A stretch of 31,851 bases of DNA from a virus (Duplodnaviria; Caudoviricetes). The stretch spans positions 1 to 31,851 of IMG/VR virus record IMGVR_UViG_3300037631_003378; one strand, 5' to 3'. Of this stretch, positions 31,001-31,851 are shown piece after piece; within the stretch, counting starts at the first letter, position 1, and each line of letters begins with the position of its first letter. The notes beneath the pieces were generated by a model. It saw only the letters and a program-made list of their open reading frames with translations. It did not search any database and had not been told where the DNA came from. A program made the position numbers and the translations under genes.

Positions 31001-31851
31001 TGTAGCTATAGGCTATATGATGGGTAGATATTTATTTGCCAAGGCTGGTGATAAATTAGGGTTTGAGGATCCAAACAAGTGCGATGAAAAGGTTGGTGCA
31101 CTTGGATTTGTAATGTGTAAAAAGGACTTGGATTATATCATTGGAATGTATGGCGGTAGATTTTTAAACGATTTATTAAACCCATTCCCACCTGGGGATG
31201 AGCAAGCAATAGTATTGTACAACAAAGCATTAAATCTTCTTTCTGAAAAAGACGAAGTGGATCAAGAGGATTTATTTAGAACATTTGACACTGGGGGATA
31301 TAACCAAATGCTTGGTATTGCTGGGGTTGTTTTTGAAGATATAGAAGGCATGCTAGAATACCAAAGACTTGCAAACACGGGGGAGTACATTTATGAAGAT
31401 GAGTTCGGCAATAAGACCGTAAAGAAAATATCTCCTGAGAGTCAAGCCGTATTACAAGAGTATATGGTGTTTAACTACTTCTCACCGGTTAGGGAAGTCA
31501 GAAGGTACATCAACAACCTTGTGACACACACCAAAAGGATGGGAGAGGATAATTTCTATACTGATGCATTCTTTGAGCAAACGTATGGCTATGTTATGGA
31601 AAAACACAACCTAACTGTGGATCAAATCAAACAATACGTTACATACGAGTTTGACAAGTTTGGCAACAGAAAAGATGGCTTGAATCCAGAGTATGAGCTA
31701 ACTGAAAACGCCTTGGCTAATCTCAAAAGAAACAACCCTAAGGAGTATCAGGTATACCAAGATATACAAGCGGCGATAGAGGAAGCAGAAAAGGAGTACA
31801 AGTTTATGAAAACAATGTACAAAGCATTAAATGATTATACTACTCGCCAGC
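19074..31851 (+). CDS. Giant polyvalent internal virion protein (at least 4259 aa, 3' truncated) with GNAT, ADP-ribosyltransferase-like and HExxH zincin domains
   Basis: ATG at 19074 in an A-rich context (taattaaaaaaacaATG; MVYSSKKQELYKFLKDRK...). The frame was open in every segment I translated, including the last line (...FMKTMYKALNDYTTRQ). Its absence from the ORF track is consistent with no in-window stop. Confidence 0.88.
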   Translation, partial: MVYSSKKQELYKFLKDRKLVAATESEFSKLFDTIGYQDQIFNELKSGGFYAGSKGQFLDEFSTISRSDLESLSANEIFTEKDGKKSTVTSQVGNFAESMDPGAKLNSYIRELSNSPQFDDKSRQRVQGAGVRAATPSDPSKFKGFELYDRNNGEVISKFDYSLTSYGERQNALQSAMGDLLTWAQSKGPSDIEPQGPGLDYQKLYGTITEQTKQRSAQVLALQAQYSFPTRQGELTNMTLGEGQTIEGRMRPDLDPANLTTQDPEEGMKGTLPRDATAKASVFGQNQVGYVYANGLYNSGNYSLDNALSEYEGKKIIDSEGREQVVKSAKKQEAESGAMEIVLEYEKGGSDKVFQEEGIEKIALGNLYDISKIRDDFDPSLEQTIMDDPDRLYGEGSVGNLDAFKSNDPEYVFNDFKVKVDALMSLNDMGDEELVSQATEYANNILKNIPLSASTKSFVGDVYDASLGKTIKKQFSSRDEYFTYLVNRYLQEANPRYGQTSELSTLRDNVFNAGEGNPYMHGYTFKLNNSDYTIAEVLKHTSKSGEYNIALANKPVGEARGIFEGVESYNLYDRNIWERFRDNVTLKDERALVEEQERMDDVQGELKKYYDYYQDAFSAAYLSGEVDLARDFYRTLKNIERNSVGIVDSETMEFFKELEYVQDWKEDDFESKPLTLQAIGNIKNTLGGSAYKAVVGTIGLAGYAMNWSDENKFADDIIEWSGKMHKAGNLRTDNLTSDYFSSPVYGSSLEYEGYKVYVDETGRPTNVYTSELGHVSEAEKRKVLDQISKDESFEEREVKSREWYNPSLAGTVGSLTRVSSDLAVLAAGGGIGSGLTRGALKALPKAAQYSTQLINAAMPKVIGTSIIAGQQYNDLREYALQAGFSEDEANNYAGRVGLAIGFTNMAFGGLEKGLVGGGYRSMTPTVTAAASKLAPEQVMKNVVKGQTARFLKSGVIEGAKETFEEVVLENLVQSGYHGYAAARSDNKIEEHTRTADEIYETVLVSFITGFAGGGRSVTGEISNLKNAQQFELDELLFPAAKNINASKKAVERLVADGVITSKVGIDLNKNLEYAHRAYENMSPRVKDKESINLIYSNEMASQRLEAQAARERNPKRKKRIENKVEKLQTINSTITGLQEVYDTGDSAYVLNGELVSKDEILSFFDNNNPKTFKRTQYQVINDPNVASEIQDITSESLGSPLAQSDIMSSLKSEYDTSRIKKGKSKSQQKIDDIKSEIDDADGVSRSMQNARQKDGSYLFSVKPPEGLESEVVKTEAGETYKVTKEAGDEFITKLNQFKVEKGAEASAEIEESKARQITANSLMAKTKLTKEDLSEIKEGYDNILASLNAELSELQSGKKQKDGSYFFKKRPKIGRVTPSRNIFNYTTGYTMSESDFEEAVENRKRNIEYFSKGSELAISDSSQEFDSRSNLAYSQVGALINAGKKQRALEVYSDYVLTAGDYNAFSESSINQEFEEEIVNTGVLKVTLESKKAPAELTEKIKEVREAERVRYSAIAYHKKIYIPGPNARKALKGAKSEFANKDGIGVSNVKPPQELGYTYATVKIPFMSRPTDITFKGGFSLNQTKELYVFEDFDKYNSQFTENKNTFEALNNFSDARRNILGRADAATEQEEAAPATEEVAQEAPAEKVNIQPTDSSNPSFEEGSMQTFSVDGGVLEIGRVKGNKVFSILRLQVDESQRRKGKAGALLKAAISYTDGQISGVATNDASVSLNYKLGMRAKGDENLSLEETLAKRTEKSEDGTITMIVPSKKGVTEEAVTPAPVSEDQKQPPKKVVARKIEDKPRVDEFKEKLEQPFAEGAEVTIKTDTDLNRTRGVETTTFVQTILDEKGRPKTQNYKTYNSLEQLAENLDADMDAEANKPAVEQYADAKNKEIQLVEVRENKFEKSPNFGQRFATIIIDGKRVEVQLEEGFAGRRATDVNSLTAINKDIFGLSNKKAKAAAVISDRMVEAMAKRDGISKEEMYKKISFRRSPGGIPKTMNPASLLFQSDYSSRDSKITFTFFKNSKEFDDAVKAGLIEKDVSIESLDGKTAVFHQPDDASVSNFTYKGETILKGQGGALYPIVFKQDGDVQQPVWASTGEAAASGLVNLINESGVSNEDGVARMVLTTGSRTKNLSNSNSMEGVASIFSAFSNNPDFGITENTYKKSVVAAMKKAGIENNLTTKSSLDEIMTTIQVVSRPQNTNFQKRKDFNEQLITEILSRSNNNANSKFVKSMKSFFADTGYKLSVSSRRNLAIKKGDKGGLVNGFAYVLGEPIVRDLTSNGSGQAYAVIEVTRPEGVALDAPLVEAVADDAHGSYPFAIKTINPQSKVSVKFFDKTSPRENIVENPNKQGERFSDALSDLEQGRPRKSAHGKVFPGQAGVSSSILKMMTESPVAQETESQIVKSDIEESTNRMESQDGATSTVLDEDSEVVFHGSPTPLEGKTIKRGPSGAIFLTPNRRYAEIYSTDRGGEVTQTIISKQKKQNLFDLRNPKHIEKLKQGFLKNNEELEVEYDSKEDALRDYNNAIRSMREASEGGNGINDWATGSQFIDQMENAGFQGALFAERPEGVIDESAVISYALFDKQLPIMSREQTSTVLDEAKEMSVLPLPERFLLGYEEATGKSVSEKDKQSFLYKLGRKFKYQPGGVFVDMKQFKAVNNFTGTSARISVDPETGKPSLSVSDNVSETDVTKGKGKIIRVNLFKKSAGWKWTANFDGNTYENLDKIVSVKVGSKHIYTLNFDGAVPVTLKSYPKEPSEPRLKPTTRGSVHLGPIIGEITRNNITNPVYSTVTVFDPNDKATIDRLIERAQSRSNSAILPTQENYNNHQLKDVPESFVKFQENKGAVFSKHGRHIIFALENPDISTPLHEMAHVYENYLTNADKKVVMDFAGEKQWNRSVSEKFARGFEKYLAEGKAPSTNLKKIFESFKTWLTDIYNGITGSAIDIELNDGMRAIYATMLGGEVVSEKKPAPTKAKKAEPTVEVAEAKKAEPTVEVAEAPVSTEKLDSFKAEVKKVLASDKTLTAKKSALKTMVNRQAKGLNLVGKEGRFVDRLGKARSEMSMTNAINDFIKVAEKQAKVPGRMIVVNEAKELIKRIKEIDLATRRAEMSVKKRSVAMLRDIEAFLKENKISKENKVNAQILRRLKYVIGKKNPNTIARFEAYLNNIVKDAAYAEKFKNADGIRKKIKGKRKRDAVPGDIKAIANDFISLNIESVPNIDEYTQLGAIISAGMENSKMIKGEPRMPKTFNKSEVNAYVSKELARQRDKQAEELKQKLVDEGLDPKGLTMSQMKAALRGDQTTKKETTKELINNFNALFERLTPDVEAEIKNRGLGKQDAKLVKDFVAMDLNLLKDRAMVIKAANVLTNFLENGSLYGMSESVSYHTGRKNLLQDIEDGLKGAKRSKYNIIGKFDDRTARTFYSTLISVMGGTNKSNTFFNNSGSADLVKGSNSGEKTVNEYLNGFADLRDGSIRKAVFSLKLSKLPSLKKRKNNTYDQHVERAMYAHLDRIEEGSSKEEAFANNKRMLKESVEVLTKIDSKKGEAQQKVYDRIVKGSETIEDVVTKMNPDSLGLVSYWRDLYSKHFPELKRVTEQYYNKRLPNDQNYFPRSFITIDPTEFAEEAAQSYGAQRQARITLDTQKIKSLPKGKILNLDFDRVAYTRLREGLIDARTVESLKQIDGYVNSPEFIEIVNTKEQVERVRSRIDIYRRLKRNELGQPLDTDVESNKAVKKVFRTLTTVGMAKVMVQVSQSMKQYLTAMISATSQVGVSNIITKDIISVFNPYSEANKFIDRTSLSIINRGYGSRVEVGMEEKLSRSLSASQNLAFSGLDVIDSISTSALQLSVGFFDKMAARTAFLGFYKKKLKQMGLPHKNIDWASHELNEEAASFADIKVADTQNVSDEDMKGAFFTNKNSVARGLIKIFIPLSGFRLNARVRVNTSVKILASPATTIEDRRDAAANLVGTFNEMVSYVAIGYMMGRYLFAKAGDKLGFEDPNKCDEKVGALGFVMCKKDLDYIIGMYGGRFLNDLLNPFPPGDEQAIVLYNKALNLLSEKDEVDQEDLFRTFDTGGYNQMLGIAGVVFEDIEGMLEYQRLANTGEYIYEDEFGNKTVKKISPESQAVLQEYMVFNYFSPVREVRRYINNLVTHTKRMGEDNFYTDAFFEQTYGYVMEKHNLTVDQIKQYVTYEFDKFGNRKDGLNPEYELTENALANLKRNNPKEYQVYQDIQAAIEEAEKEYKFMKTMYKALNDYTTRQ
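24021..24380 (+). other. GNAT acetyltransferase domain within the giant ORF
   Basis: Motif A-like LQVDESQRRKGKAGALL (24150-24200) and motif B-like NDASVSLNYKLGM (24249-24287), bounded by E/A/P-rich linkers. Confidence 0.75.
26346..26886 (+). repeat. Perfect 22-nt direct repeat ACCTCTACGGTTCTTGATGAGG at 26346-26367 and 26865-26886
   Basis: Read directly from the sequence. Copies are 519 nt (173 codons) apart, both in frame (TSTVLDE). Confidence 0.95.
26376..26850 (+). other. ADP-ribosyltransferase-like domain (ART-PolyVal type) within the giant ORF
   Basis: VVFHGS (His codon 26385), GAIFLTPNRRYAEIY, LFDLRNP, AGFQGALF and ISYALFD follow the HG(S/T)...G.YFT...A..Y...GYDG...vvF pattern. Confidence 0.7.
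27600..27966 (+). other. Zincin-like metallopeptidase domain within the giant ORF
   Basis: FQENKGAV...IIFALENPDISTPLHEMAH (HExxH at 27687-27701), a downstream Glu in SEKFARGFEKYLAEGKAP (27786), then FESFKTWLTDIY. Confidence 0.8.
28008..28079 (+). repeat. Tandem 36-nt duplication encoding AKKAEPTVEVAE x2
   Basis: 28008-28043 and 28044-28079 differ by one synonymous base (GTG/GTA). Confidence 0.95.

Noticed and set aside
1-31851. Stop-codon reassignment as seen in some crAss-like phages
   Set aside because: Genes tile the window densely under the standard code, and TAA, TAG and TGA all occur as plausible gene ends.
1-31851. tRNA or rRNA genes
   Set aside because: Intergenic gaps are under 100 nt and are occupied by terminators or promoters; no cloverleaf seen.

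Overview
This window is the virion-structure module of a tailed dsDNA phage, with every gene on the + strand. It is most consistent with a podovirus-type, crAss-related phage of a Bacteroidota host: TAnnTTTG promoter elements, A-rich starts without Shine-Dalgarno sequences, standard genetic code. Gene order: terminase C-terminus (partial), portal, acidic scaffold-like protein, major capsid protein, three small virion proteins, two tail ring/adaptor-like proteins, a 1958-aa tail stabilization/muzzle-like protein, a PG-binding amidase, a 268-aa protein resembling the detached C-terminus of the muzzle, and two probable ejection proteins. A giant ORF (19074 to beyond 31851, at least 4259 codons) follows; the ORF track misses it because it has no stop inside the window. 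By hand translation it is a polyvalent, probably injected protein with a Gly/Ala hydrophobic region, a GNAT acetyltransferase, an ADP-ribosyltransferase-like domain, two unassigned domains and an HExxH zincin. The ART-like domain is bracketed by a perfect in-frame 22-nt direct repeat, suggesting an excisable effector cassette. Also notable are a promoter-terminator unit that could make a ~50-nt antisense-like sRNA and a ~65-aa beta module reused in several structural proteins. All family calls come from motif recognition and synteny by eye; no database searches were run.
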